DNA of 64,000 nucleotides from Macrostomum hystrix (GCA_950097015.1 CATNEN010000029.1:3472001-3536000); one strand, 5' to 3'. Positions 1 to 28,025 are shown, counted from the first letter of the stretch. Numbers and translations: made by a program. The notes: generated from the sequence alone by a model not told the origin.

Positions 1-628
1 AATGAAGTAAAAATATCATAATTTGAATTAAAACTAAATTTAGCTATCAATAAAATGAAGTTTAACATAGCATATTCTTATTAGCCAAACATTTTTAGCC
101 CCCAAGTAATTTTTGTCTGATTATAGTTAAAAGCCATTTTCTTTTTGTAGCTTAACCTAATACCTTAAGGTACATGCTTTTATTCTCAAATAAAACTAAT
201 TATAAAGCTAGTCTAATATTCATTGTAGGTAAGACTGCTATTTGTTTTGTAATATTGAATAGCATAGCTCAAACACTAGACCTCTAGAATACACAGTAGC
301 CACTTTAAGCTTTGGTCTTCTCACCAAGACCAAGTCTGTCCTTAAGCAGGACACTAAATTCCCAGGTGATTCAGCTCTCCCAGCTATAAAAGAGGTACTA
401 TTATTAGCTAGCTAGGATAGAATGCGATTGTGGCAGCCTTTTCAGTCCACATTCTTAACTTCTGTACAGAGCCATGTACTTTAGATACACCAGAAAATAG
501 CTGTAGCTATAATGATAGGCTAACTGTACATATTGCCTTACTGGCACATGTGTAATGAACATGCATATTGGAAAATGGAAATCATTTTTTCTTTCAGTTT
601 TTTATTAAACAAAATAATAAATATTGAC

Positions 629-3600
629 ATGGCTGAGAAAGGTGACACAGACGACTTGGCCCCGGAGGACACTGGCTTCAAGCCGCCGCCACCCAAGTCC
701 TTGGACGAGATTCTAAATGCCGACAAGGACGATCCGGCCCTGGAAAACTATAAAAAGCAGCTACTAGGCAATGTGGTTGCTCCCGTGTTTCCCGACAATC
801 CCAAGAATGTTATTGTGCAGAAGCTGCAGATCGAATTCCCGGACGAACGCCGGCCGCCAGCTGAAATCATACTGATGAACGCCGACCTGGCTACGCTGAA
901 GAAGTCGCCAATTGTGATCAAGGAGGGCGTCACCTACCGCGTCAATGTGCACTTTTTTGTGCAGCGGGAGATTGTTGCCGGCCTGCGCTACATTCAGGCC
1001 ACTTACAAGCTCGGCATGCGGGGTAAGGCTTAGCTTGACTTTTAATGGATAAAAATATTCTCAGGGGCTGTTGCACTGCAGCATAATTTGGCAACATTCA
1101 ACCCGCAATCATCAAGGAGGCCATTCCACTGACCCCTAAGCACAAATAATGTCTATATATATGCTCCGACTTTCTCATAGTCAGGCATGCACTCTCATTG
1201 ACTAGCCTGATTGTGCAGAATTTTTTTTCTTTTTGCTGCTTGCCGAAGGCTGCTTGCCGAAGGCTGCTTGCCGAAGGCTGCTTGCCGAAGGCTGCTTGCC
1301 GAAGGCTGCTTGCCGAAGGCTGCTTGCCGAAGGCTGCTTGCCGAAGGCTGCTTGCCGAAGACTGCTTGCCGAAGGCTGCTTGCCGAAGGCTGCTTGCCGA
1401 AGGCTGCTTGCCGAAGGCTGCTTGCCGAAGGCTGCTTGCCGAAGGCTGCTTGCCGAAGGCTGCTTGCCGAAGGCTGCTTGCCGAAGGCTGCTTGCCGAAG
1501 GCTGCTTGCCGAAGGCTGCTTGCCGAAGGCTTCTTGCCGAAGGCTGCTTGCCGAAGGCTGCTTGGCAGAGCGCAGGTCTCCATCCACTTGGAGAAGTAGT
1601 CGCAAATGCTCATAACCTAGCTGTTTCCTCATGGCGTTCTTGGCAGAGGGCCATTGATATTGATCTGGACCATTTCCTATGGCCGAGACGGTTGCGGCGT
1701 CGGCTGCAGAGGTGCGCGTTGCGGCCGGCTGCTGTTCTTTCGCCAAAGGCAAGCGGCGCAGCTGGTGACCGAGTTCTTAACATCAAGCTGCATGCCCGGC
1801 CACCAGCATCGCTCGGTCAACTTGTCCAGCGTTCGATCCGTGCCTAGGTAGCCGCTGCTGGCGGCAGCGCGTCAGCCAGGAATTGCGCGCGAAGGTGACC
1901 ACCGGCTTGCCCTGACGACTCTCTGTCGACAGCCTTCGGTCAAGTGCTTAAGACCATCATTGACCGCTGGGAAGACATTCTGCAGAAGGCTGTCGCGGAG
2001 CTGCTCTGTTAAGAAGTCGTCGTGATTTGCCAGCTGAGTGACCTTTGTTCGACTGAGCAAGTCGGGCAGCACGTTCTCTCGCCCCGGCCGGTAGCAGAGC
2101 GCAAAGCTGAACTGCTGGATGGTGTCAAGCCAGTGCGCCAGCCGACCCTCCGGCTCCTTGGTTTGCAACACGATCAGATCGTCCACGTAGACGAGTACCT
2201 CCATCGGCCTCTAGAAGGTCGCAGGCGAGTTGTACATTCCAAAGCCGATCTTCTTGAACTGCATAAGGCCTCTGGTGTAGTAGAATGCAGTGTTGTAGCG
2301 GTCTGCCTTGTCAACCAGCACCTGGTTGCAGAACCCTTGCTTGCAGTCGATTGTGGTAAACCAGAAGCAGCCGGCCAGGGCAATGATAGCTGCAGATGCG
2401 GCAGAGAGTAGGCATCCTTGACGGTGGCTGCATTTAGCTGACGCTAGTCGGTGCACAAGCGAATGTCGCCATTTTTCTTCCGTATGACGATCAGATTGCT
2501 GGCCCATGGCGAACTAGATGGCTCGATAATGTCGTACTTTAGCATCTGGCTGATCTTCTCGTCGACCTGCTCTCTCACCGGCAGTGGGATTGATCGTTGG
2601 CGCTGGCGGTAGGGCTGCGCACCAGGTTGCAGCTCGATGCGATGCTTCAGCAGCGTAGTTATGACGAGGTCGCATTCGTGCGCACTGAATAAAACGCTGT
2701 TTCTCTCCAGCAGGGCCAACAACCTCTGCCTCTGCCGGTCAGTCACCGATATGTCCTGATTGACATTCCAGCTTGCTGGCTGCTTCGCTACACTGGAACC
2801 ACCGTTGACCCGGTCGGCAGCTTCAAAAGAGCCGATGGCCTTGTTAGCGTACAGCGTCACTTCTTCTGTGCCCAGATTGCACAGCCGAACCGGAATCCTC
2901 TGATTAGCCGAAACTGCCAAAACTCTTCATGCAAGCAGACCAGTCGCTTGGATGAAGTTGTCATCAGGCTCGAAGATGCATTGCTCATCTTCCGACTTGA
3001 CGCGGAGCCACACCAGCTTTTCGCTTCTAGCTGGCACGCTTGTGGTGTGCGTGATGACGAATTACGGACACTTGTGTGACACCGCCATTGAATTCAGAAT
3101 AGAACTTGTGACACCTTCCTTGAATAAAACACCGTCGTTCAATTCGGAATAGAGATTGTGACACCGTCGTTGAATTCGGAATACAACCTGTGACACCAAC
3201 GTTAAATTTGGAACACAACTTTGGACACCGTCGTTGAATTCGGAATAGAATTTGACACCATCGTTCAATTTCAAATATAAATTGTGACACCATCGATGAA
3301 TTTTAAATAGGCACTTGTGAGACCGTCGTTGGATTCCGAATGGACACTTGTGCACCTTTAATGGCAATTGGTACGAAGAGTTAGGTTGTTGTACATACGA
3401 GTAATAAAAAAAATCGAAACTTTGTTGCGCACGCGCTTTTCAAGCTGTTCATCCATAGCAAGCTTCGATGTTAGTTTACCTCGTAGGGTATATTTCGCAT
3501 AAAAATATAAAATTCTATATTTTGCATAATACGAGTATATACTAGAATTCTAGTGCATATGTAGTTAACTACGCGACTCTTAAATCAATAGGCGCAGTTT

Positions 3601-5114
3601 CCATAAGGAATATTAATTAGTGGACAAACTCCAAGTATACAATAAGTTGCATAAATTAGCCCCTGTGTTATTGAGTATATGCTGATAAGACATTCACGCA
3701 AAAACTAGCTTCTGGCACTGTGCATTAGACTGTCTAAATGTGTGCCCTGTAGAACGATAGATAAACAGGAAGCATCTGTGGCTGCATACTTAAAGTAGGT
3801 TTTCAGATAGTCTGTAACTGCAATTATATTTATACGAAGCCCATTATCGGCTTTAAATAATAGATTATCGAGTTATTTCGTATACAAGCAAAGCACTGGT
3901 TGTCATCTCCTAATAATATATTGAATAGACAAGCTTACTGAACTCTTCTGTCTTTTGGTTTCTACTGTCCTGAACTCTTCTGTTCCTCTGGTTTCTACTG
4001 TCTTGAACTCTTCTGTCTTCTGGTTTCTACTGTCTTGAACTCTTCTGTCTTCTGGTTTCTACTGTCCTGAACTCTTCCGTTCCTCTGGTTTCTACTGTCC
4101 TGAACTCTTCCGTTCCTCTGGTTTCTACTGTCCTGAACTCTTCTGTTCCTCTGGTTTCTACTGTCTTGAACTCTTCTGTTCCTCTGGTTTCTACTGTCTT
4201 GAACTCTTCTGTTCCTCTGGTTTCTACTGTCTTGAACTCTTCTGTCTTCTGGTTTCTACTGTCTTGAACTCTTCCGTTCCTCTAGTTTCTACTGTCTTGA
4301 ACTCTTCTGTTCCTCTGGTTTCTACTGTCTTGAACTCTTCTGTTCCTCTGGTTTCTACTGTCTTGAACTCTTCCGTTCCTCTAGTTTCTACTGTCCTGAA
4401 CTCTTCTGTCTTCTGGTTTCTACTGTCCTGAACTCTTCCGTTCCTCTGGTTTCTACTGTCCTGAACTCTTCCGTTCCTCTGGTTTCTACTGTCCTGAACT
4501 CTTCCGTTCCTCTGGTTTCTACTGTCCTGAACTCTTCTGTTCCTCTGGATTCTACTGTCTTGAATTTTCCGTTCCTCTGGTTTCTACTGTCTTGAATTTT
4601 CCGTTCCTCTGGTTTCTACTGTCTTGAACTCTTCTGTTCCTCTGGTTTCTACTGTCTTGAACTCTTCTGTTCCTCTGGTTTCTACTGTCTTGAACTCTTC
4701 TGTTCCTCTGGTTTCTACTGTCCTGAACTCTTCTGTTCCTCTGGATTCTACTGTCTTGAATTTTCCGTTCCTCTGGTTTCTACTGTCTTGAATTTTCCGT
4801 TCCTCTGGTTTCTACTGTCTTGAACTCTTCTGTTCCTCTGGTTTCAATGTCGCTTTCCGGTTCTGGAGTGTGTCTACATGAGTGAAACACAAATTCTGTT
4901 TGCCCGGCCCGCAGTGTCCAAGGACGATCTGATGGTGGGCAGTTACCCGCCCAAGTCCGAGCCGCATGTGTATCGCAGTCCTCCTCACGAGGCACCAAGC
5001 GGCATGATGGCCAGGGGTGCCTATTCTGTGAAGTCGCGCTTCACAGACGACGATAGAAACGACTTCCTGTCCTGGGAGTGGGCCATCAAGATCAAGGACT
5101 CTTGGAAGGATTAA
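629..5114 (+). CDS. RhoGDI: Rho GDP-dissociation inhibitor, 2 coding exons (629-1022, 4915-5114)
   Basis: Translation contains [13 protein letters not shown]...[32 protein letters not shown] and [19 protein letters not shown], typical of RhoGDI. The GT donor at 1023 and AG acceptor at 4913-4914 join in phase (G+TG=V). Confidence 0.95.
1235..1566. repeat. 14-bp minisatellite (GCTGCTTGCCGAAG)n
   Basis: About 23 near-perfect tandem units read directly. Confidence 0.97.
1566..3060 (-). mobile_element. Degenerate, internally deleted Ty3/gypsy LTR-retrotransposon pol fragment in the RhoGDI intron
   Basis: Minus-strand pieces read [12 protein letters not shown]...[11 protein letters not shown] (RT N-terminus), [10 protein letters not shown]...TAF...F...FGM.NSPATF and YVDD (RT core), and RLAHWL...F...[15 protein letters not shown] (end of RNase H). 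Stops, frameshifts and a large deletion are present; no LTRs seen. Confidence 0.85.
3065..3360. repeat. Imperfect ~32-bp tandem repeat (GTGACACCGTCGTTGAATTCGGAATA-like)
   Basis: Recurrent tgtgacacc...gaattc motif, about 9 diverged copies. Confidence 0.75.
3938..4846. repeat. 32/33-bp minisatellite (TGAACTCTTCTGTTCCTCTGGTTTCTACTGTCT)n
   Basis: Tandem units ending about 70 nt before the RhoGDI exon 2 acceptor. Confidence 0.97.
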
Positions 5115-5792
5115 CGAAGGTCGTCATCTGGCGGCCCTTGCTGTGCCGTTTTTTTGACATCCCCTTAAGGTTTTTTATACCAGACAACATACTGCCTGTA
5201 GTTCACGATTGCCTCTACAGTTACCTATCCGTAAATTAAGTATCAATAATATGTTTACTGCTTCCAATACCATCAGCCAACGATTTTAGTTTTCTTCGCA
5301 CTATATTCCGGAATTTTTATCCAGTGTTAGTTTTTATTCGTTCCTTTTTTTATGTTCCAGTGTTTTTCCAACCTCCAAACTTCTTTTGATATTAATAGTT
5401 ATCATTACTGCTGTGCCCAGTATCAAATATCACAACTAACTATTCAAATCCAACCATCCACTTAAATAAATGTTTTTCTTATCAGATTTTTTCTAGCAGA
5501 CAATTTTGATACTGTCCCAATCCACTATTTCGAGCAGTACTGTAATCAACTGCTTGCCTCCCTCTCTGTCTCATTATATCTATTGTCTAATCCAGTGTGA
5601 AATTTCCATAATAGCCAACTTATATAGGCTCGTATAATTAAAAAATGGTGCGCTCTTTGTGTTCAGCTAAACAAAACTACCATTTGTGTATTTCAAGCTG
5701 ACTGACTACTTGCAGGCGTATTGTGCGTTAAGAATTTTTTTAAGCATTGGCCAAAATTATTACAAACTTTATAAAGGTTCGTACGATTTTTT

Positions 5793-8400
5793 ATGATCTT
5801 TCATTGGGGCTTGTCTCTGCTGCTTTGTTATTTCAGTTTTGCCGTAAGTTAGTTAAATAATTAAGCTTAGCTGTCACAACTGTCACGCATAATTAATTAG
5901 AAACAAATTATGTACTATTGTCACGGTAATTGTGATCACTTCAGCTTATTCACTTCTCTTCAGCGTGCAGATTTTGGCTTGGATTTACGGCTTCGATGGG
6001 ACGGTGGAAAGGTGAGCCCTTTTTTACAATTTTGTTTCGATTGAATGACAAATTGTTATTATATACTATGGTAACGAAACTGGATCGTCATTGCAGACTG
6101 TTCTAGACTGGCCTGTGTGCCTGCCCTATTCTGCATCTACACTGCCTACCTGTACACCCTGGCTACTGTCTATAAGCCAGCGAAATTGGTTAACCCTGAT
6201 GCTGAAGGCAAGAGGTAAGCCTAGTCAAGGTAGGTACGCTAGAGCAGGGAAGGTTTGGTGGCAGGGTAGATTCGGTACAGTCTCCTTGTTAATAGAGTAG
6301 GGTAGCTAGGCTTAAATGGGATAAATTTTACTAGAGTCTGTTAGGTTTGAGTTGAGTCGGTTAGGTTTGAGTAGATTTGTTTAGGTTTGAGTATATTGGG
6401 TTAGGTTTAAGTAGAGTCGGTTAAGTTTGAGTAGAGTCGGATAGGTTTGAGTAGAGTCGGATAGGTTTGAGTAGATTCGGATAGGTTTGAGTAGATTCGG
6501 TTAGGTTTGAGTAGATTCGGTTAGGTTTGAGTAGATTCGGTTAGGTTTGAGTAGATTCGGTTAGGTTTGAGTAGATTCGGATAGGTTTGAGTAGATTCGG
6601 ATAGGTTTGAGTAGATTCGGTTAGGTTTGAGTAGAGTCGGATAGGTTTGAGTAGATTCGTATAGGTTTGAGTAGAGTCGGATAGGTTTGAGTAGAGTCGG
6701 TTAGCTTTGGGTAGAGTCGGTTAGCTTTGAGTAGAGTCGGTTAGCTTTGAGTAGAGTCGGATGGTTTCTAGGAAATGCTTCCAATAGTGATGTGGCACTC
6801 TCGTGGACTTTCGATTCTCTATTCAGCGCTGAAGTTCGATTCCCCACCAGTCTGGCTGACCTCAATAAGCTGGCTGGTTTGTTGAAGGCCTACAAAGACG
6901 AGAACTCGGCCTACGTACTGCTGCTGTTCTGCAGTGCCTATGTATACAAACAGTGCTTTGCCATTCCTGGATCAGTGTTCATGGTTTGTTCCGCCTTGCT
7001 ATCATGGCCCTTATCATTTATTTTAGAGCTCAGTCACGCTCCCGCTAGTGTTTTGTCACTCAGTCTCATTAAAATTCAGTTGTCACACACAATGTCACTA
7101 ATCTTCAGTCACTCCCAATGCCACTAATCTTCAGTCATTCCCAATGCCACAAATCTTCAGTCACCCCCATTGCCACTAATCTTCAGTCATTTTCAATGCC
7201 ACAAATCTTCAGTCACTCCCAATGCCACTAATCTTCAGTCATTCCCAATGCCACTAATATTCAGTCATTCCCAATGCCACTAATCTTCAGTCATTCCCAA
7301 TGCCACTAATCTTCAGTCACTCGCTCATTTTTCCCAGAACCTACTGGCAGGCGCTCTGTTCGGCCTGTGGCTCGGCTTTCCCCTCAGTTGCCTGCTGACC
7401 GCCTGCGGCGCCACCGGCTGCTACCTGATGTCGCGCCACTTCGGCAAGCGCCTAGTTGAGCGCGCCTTCCACAGCCGCCTGGAGCCGCTGCGCAGGCGGG
7501 TGCAGCAGAACCGGCGCTCCCTGTTCGCCATGCTGCTGTCTCTCCGGCTGTTCCCAATGTCGCCCAACTGGTTCCTCAATATGGCCTCGCCCCTGCTGGG
7601 TGTCCCGTTGACGCACTTTTTCCCCTCCGTGTTTCTCGGTGAGCACCGTGACTCGCTATTCGCAAAATCCGAGAAAAAGTCCCACTCCCACCCATTCCCA
7701 CTCCCACCCATTCCCACTCCCACCCCACCTATTCCCACCCCCACCCCACCCATTCCCACCCCACCCAGTACCACTCTCACCCAGTCCCATTCCTACCCAG
7801 TCCCACCCCACCCCACCCATTCCCACCCCCACCCCACCCATTCCCACTCCCACCCAGTACCACTCTCATCCAGTCCCACTCCTACCCAGTCCCACCCCCA
7901 CCCAGTCCCACTCCCACCCATTCCCACCCCCACCCATTCCCACTCACACCCAGTACCACCCCCACCCATTCCCACCCCCACCCAGTCCCACCCCCACCCA
8001 GTACCACCCCCACCCATTCCCACCCAGTCCCACTCCTACCCAGTCCCACCCCACCCATTCCCACCCCCACCCAGTCCCACCCATCCATTCCCACTCCCAC
8101 CCATTCCCACTCCCACCGGCTGTCCGGTGACATGACAGTCCGGCTGTCATGTCTGTCAAGTAGCCATCAATCTACTGAAACGTGTGTCCTCCCTCAGGCC
8201 TGATGCCCTACAACTTCATCACAGTGGAGGCCGGCTGCATGCTGAGCAGTCTCACATCAGTTAGCGACCTGTTCACAGCTGGCACTATGGTCAAACTATC
8301 GACCATGTCAGGCCTGGTGGCCGCATTTGTACTTTTGCGCAGGCGTTACTCAACCCCATCTGAGCCTGACTACAGTCTACCGAATGGAAAGGCTCTCTGA
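5793..8400 (+). CDS. TMEM41A: TMEM41A-like VTT/SNARE-associated-domain membrane protein; exons 5793-5843, 5971-6011, 6827-6983, 7338-7638, 8198-8400
   Basis: Spliced translation has FPTSLADL..L...Y...AYVLLLFCSAYVYKQCFAIPGS.F.NLLAGALFG...LRLFPMSPNWFLN..SP.L.VP...FF.SV..GLMPYNFI, matching TMEM41A. All junctions are GT-AG and phase-consistent. The first two small exons are less certain. Confidence 0.9.
6340..6762. repeat. 20-bp minisatellite (TTAGGTTTGAGTAGATTCGG)n in TMEM41A intron 2
   Basis: About 21 tandem units. Confidence 0.95.
7091..7320. repeat. 26-bp minisatellite (ATGCCACTAATCTTCAGTCATTCCCA)n in TMEM41A intron 3
   Basis: About 9 units ending about 17 nt before the acceptor at 7336-7337. 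Confidence 0.93.
7660..8116. repeat. C-rich low-complexity repeat (CCCACCCATTCCCACT-like) in TMEM41A intron 4
   Basis: Mosaic of cccacc/cattcc/cagtcc motifs; the G-rich opposite strand could form G-quadruplexes. Confidence 0.9.
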
Positions 8401-8880
8401 CCACCGTTGATTGATTGAGATAAGACCAGTATAAAAATCTCAAGCTGACCAATTGCAAAATAACATTTTTGGCGGCCTGTAATATTTCATTATTCGAATA
8501 CTCAGTTTTTATATTTGTTTAACTTTTTACTTGCAGAGTCAGTTGCCTATCTGCAAAGGTTTCTAACAGGCAGACGGCTGGCAGTCACTGAGTCTGTTTC
8601 TTTTATTAGCTTGTTGTTTCTTTTCTTTTCAGCATTTTCTTGCCGTTGTAGTTTTTAAATGCATACGCCTATTTCTGTTTTGTTTAAATCAATCAAATGT
8701 ACTGAAATAGTGTTCATTAACACGACTATCGTAATAAAGAGGCTTAGATAAAAAATATTGAGCAGAATCTCGTCTATTCGGAGCCTGCACGAAGTCAAAT
8801 TAATCGCCTTTCGTAAAAGCCCACAGAAAGTCTGTATCTGAGGTTCTTTGACCAACTCTGACCAACTCTCAACTTACACA

Positions 8881-9140
8881 GGGGTTGTAGCCGAAAAACT
8901 ACCGAAAAGTAGTGTTTAGAGCGTCGGACTCGCGACGTGTCGGTCGGGGTTTCTTTCCCAGTGACTCACTGGAACAGCGTTAGCCGGTGTCCCTCAGCAA
9001 GACACTTAACTCAGCATTGCTTAAGTTCACCCAGCTGTTAAATGGGTGCCAGCATCAGCTGGGGTAACTGAGGCTGGGTGTGGCGTCCCCCCAGTCCACG
9101 GGCTGAACAGCCCTTCGCAGCCTTCAGATGTGCCGCGCAA
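8881..9140 (+). mobile_element. tRNA-derived SINE, family A (diverged copy)
   Basis: Starts GGGGTTGTAGCC. Shares AGAGCGTCGGACT, GCAAGACACTTAACTC, TTCACCCAGCTGT and CCCCAGTCCA.GG.CTGAACAGCC..CGCAGCCTTCAGATG with the copy at 21845-22114. Confidence 0.8.
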
Positions 9141-9354
9141 TAGCTGCAGCAAATCTATTAAAGTGATTATATCTATGGTGAAGACATCATTTTAATCTGC
9201 TGGCTGCGGGATTGACGATCTTTTAAATAATTCGTACTTTTAAATTGGAATTGTTTCGTCTATGGCAAAAAGCAATGACGAACTTTTGAAGATGACGCAC
9301 TTGCGTTCTACAATCCTTCCAGATGGTTCATTTTGTGTGGTTTTTCTGTATAAG

Positions 9355-10112
9355 TTATTTCCGTTTATTTATTTATTTGGTCTGAATTAATTGCAGAGGA
9401 CTCGACAAGCGAGTCCGAGGCCGTTAATTCAGACCATAGACTAAATAAACGGAAATAAAATATTTATGTTCGGTATGTTAGCTGCTAGTGGGATGAGGGG
9501 CAGATTGCTCGCTGGGGTGTGGGGGCGAAGCTTATTTGGTCGGATCCGATGCACTATTATAACCATAGACGAAATAAAATTTAAGAAATCGTTATTCGTG
9601 CGTCCAATTATTTTGCTCGGGCTAAATAAACAGCTTTAACATTGGACCATAGATTTATTCCCCAGTTGGATTGGCCCATAGACCAGATAAATTTATTTAT
9701 TTGGCCGTTGAAATTTATCTGGCCGGGACAGATAAACATTTATCTGGTCCGGTGACAATTATCTGGCTTCAACTGTGGAATAAATACATTATCACCCACT
9801 TGTTTGACTTATCTATGGCCGGGAACGGCTGAGGACTCGTTTATTGGCCGAAGCGAAGCCTCCCGGCCAAAGTAAATAAAAAAAGTGGGTGATAACTTAT
9901 ACTTATCCCCCACTTGTCCCGGTCAAATAAGTCTATTTGACCTATATAAGACCGAGCCAAGTTGGTGAAAAATACTATCTCCCCCCGTTTATTCATTTGT
10001 CTATGGCCAGAACGACTTCAAACTCGTTTCTCTGGCCTGGGCTGCGCCTCGGTCGAGAAACAAGTTCTCAGTCGTTCTGACGGCCACAGATAAATGAATA
10101 AACGGGAGAGAT
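9355..10112. repeat. Cluster of three long imperfect hairpins (foldback/MITE-like)
   Basis: Inverted arms at about 9355-9458, 9789-9896 and 9977-10112 with perfect 12-15 bp stems. Confidence 0.65.
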
Positions 10113-11591
10113 TATATACTTATTTGGAGCGGCCAAAAGGGGTATAATTGTATATAAAATCCGGCTGCTTATTTATTGCACGTTTAATGGGCTTCTTTTA
10201 GGTATAGAATCTGATTTCTATGGTTCAAACTGTCTGCATTTCGAGCCAATTAAATCATTTTAAGGTCCCCCTGACCATCGGGTTTCATACATATATAACA
10301 AACGGCGTTTCTATAGCGTTCCTACTTCACAATAGCTCTCAAACCGAATGACAGATTTTCCTGAAGTCCTGTATCTGAATCTAAATTTTACCACCCTTTA
10401 CGATGAACTAATTTTCAAAGCCGTCTGAGTCAGCATCGTCGAGATGTTTACCGATTCTTGTCGAAGACACTGGTGACAAGGACAAGTAACCTGCTCTGTA
10501 TTAACCACTATGGCGAATCCATATTGGTTAAAAAAATAAACAAAGTAAAATTTAATCATTCGAAAATACTTAACAATGATAGCCAACGTGATTACATTTT
10601 GTGAGCAGAAAATATGCCTATTGTAGTTATTGCCACCAGACACCTCAACGATCGGAAAGGTTGAATATGCCAACGATGCGGATGCTCTGTGATTCTGGAA
10701 CTTGTTTCATTAATAAAATACTTAAAAATTAATCCACTACATTCTGGGCGTCGGAACACTTTGAGCAATTAGAAACTGAGTAGCTAGTACTGGATTCCAG
10801 CTTGTTTAACAAGAATCGAAGACAAATACATCCGAAGATAGGTTTGCATTGAAATTAATTTATTCACGCAGTCATAAAACATTTTTATTTACATTCAAGG
10901 TCATTGTGTTTTTGCGAGTTTCCATGCCAATAGTAAGTGATCAATTGCTTGTTGGTTGTGTTCAAAAGCTTGTTAGCATTAGACGGCAGACACTTACTAT
11001 AACTGGTAGAATTACCGAGAAACAGTTCTGGAAAGTTTGCAAATGAATCAATAGCAATAACTTATAATTTGTACATCAGCAATGAGAATCCGGCTGTTTC
11101 ATTGTGCAAAGCAAGCAGGCAGTACGAAAAGTTCTAATTGCTACTGCAATTAAGCAGTATTTTGATTGAAAATGAAATTAAAAGCGATTATAAAAATGTG
11201 CTTAGTGTGAGAGATAGTTGAGATAAGGTAAAATTCAAGATCAAATGGACTGGTCCAGACGAAATCGTCTTTCATCGCATATTCGACAAACTGCGATCAT
11301 TGATTGTTTCACTTCGCTAACACTACTCATAGTAGGCAACTTTAGACTCAGATTACGATTAAACATTAATATTTCGTTTAAGCAATTTTTTACGCATAAC
11401 AGAAAGCTCCAAGCCTGAACTGACTGTTGACGCTATTGATTGTCCCACCTGTGTGGCGAGGGCGGTATTTCACTAGCTTGGGCCACTGAAGATCTGCAAT
11501 TTTAAACAGCTTTTTGTTACATGACGCAGCTAACTAGGACTTCTAATACTCGTATTAGCAAGGGCAGTTCATTATTTAAATTGTTAATTGC

Positions 11592-12012
11592 TTTATCAAA
11601 GGATCGGAAAGGAGCGGCTTTATCACAGGATCAGAAGTGGTGGCGGCATTATGAAAGGATCAGAAGAGGCGGCGGCTTTATTAAAGGATCAGAAGGGGTG
11701 GCGGCTTTATCAAAGGATCAGAAGGGGTGGCGGCTTTATCAAAGGATCAGAAGGGGTGGCGGCTTTATCAAAGGATTGGAAGAGGGAGGCGGCTTTATCA
11801 AAGGATCAGAAGGGGAGGCGGCTTTATCAAAGGATCAGAAGGGGTGGCGGCTTTATCAAAGGATTGGAAGGGGGAGGCGGCTTTATCAAAGGATTGAAAG
11901 GGGAGGCGGCTTTATCAAAGGATCAGAAGGGGTGGCGGCTTTATCAAAGGATTGGAAGGGGGAGGCGGCTTTATCAAAGGATCAGAAGGGGTTGCGGCTT
12001 TATCAAAGGATC
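11592..12012. repeat. 29-bp minisatellite (GGCGGCTTTATCAAAGGATCAGAAGGGGT)n
   Basis: About 14 tandem units. Confidence 0.95.
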
Positions 12013-12191
12013 AAAATGGGAGGCGGACCAGTGAAAATTTCCTATTTCCGAAGGGTATTTTTTGGCGAAAAAAAGCCTCCTAGACTTTTCTAAGATACAT
12101 AGTTTCCCGTCCTACTCCTTGTGTTTCTTGCTTTGGGACTTGAGTTCGGAAGATCCGAAAACCCAGAAGCCTGATTCAGCAGCCTGAAGTC

Positions 12192-27227
<15,036 letters not shown>

Positions 27228-28025
27228 TGGCGCGGTTATAAATTAAAATGAGTATTACTCCAGATATACTTAATAGGTGTGTCTGATAGACAGCCTTCTA
27301 TTGCGGTGAGTCGATGAAAGCACGCGGCTATATTGTAAAGGTAGAGCTAAGCTTTTTATTTTCTTCTTAAGTTAGGTAAAGAATAAAGCCAAGCATTTAT
27401 TTTGAGAGTTTGGGGAGAGAAAGACAGGAGCGAGATGAGAGGAGGAGCTGAACGAATTCTGGTTGGCTGGCAAACTGCGTTCAGAGCCTGTGCTAAAGGA
27501 AGGGACTGGAGTGGGGTGGGCGGCTCGGGCGTCGGGGTGGCTGGAAGGTCAGCCACGAGCTCCGAGGCCACACACTGGGTGAGGGGCAAATGACTGCCTC
27601 CGGGTGGTTTGCCGCGCTTGAACACAAGCCCAGTCTTGTGTAATGACTGAGAGGGGCTGCTGTGCCTCCTTTCCGTTGCCTTCCGAAGAGGAGAAGGTCG
27701 GGACTGAATCAAATCGATTCCCCGCAGTCTACTTGGGAATATAGACTGTTTTACATTTTGTAGAGATCCTCTTTCCTCTTGGAGAAATACGTGGCGTAGC
27801 CGCAACGACCAGTCAGTAAAGCAGTTTTCCACTAAGGAGCTTTTTAGTTTACTCGATGTACACTTGGCCAGAATCTGTTTATGAATGAAGTTATAAAATA
27901 CAGTTAGTTACACAGCCGATTGTCTAGAACTTTAAACTTCTCAGCGGGATTTCATATCTCAGCCCAAGGGAGACAACTTGTGTACACTGACTGTAATATG
28001 GGTACAGTTGGCTGAACTGAATAAG

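Noticed and set aside
533-628. N-terminal extension of the RhoGDI ORF in the track
   Set aside because: It starts at a non-ATG codon in AT-rich upstream sequence; the ATG at 629 fits the family.
6340-6762. Telomere-like TTAGG motif
   Set aside because: The unit is 20 bp (TTAGGTTTGAG...), not a TTAGGG tract.
10250-11330. Possible decayed transposase between the hairpin cluster and the 29-bp array
   Set aside because: Only short frames with no recognisable motif.
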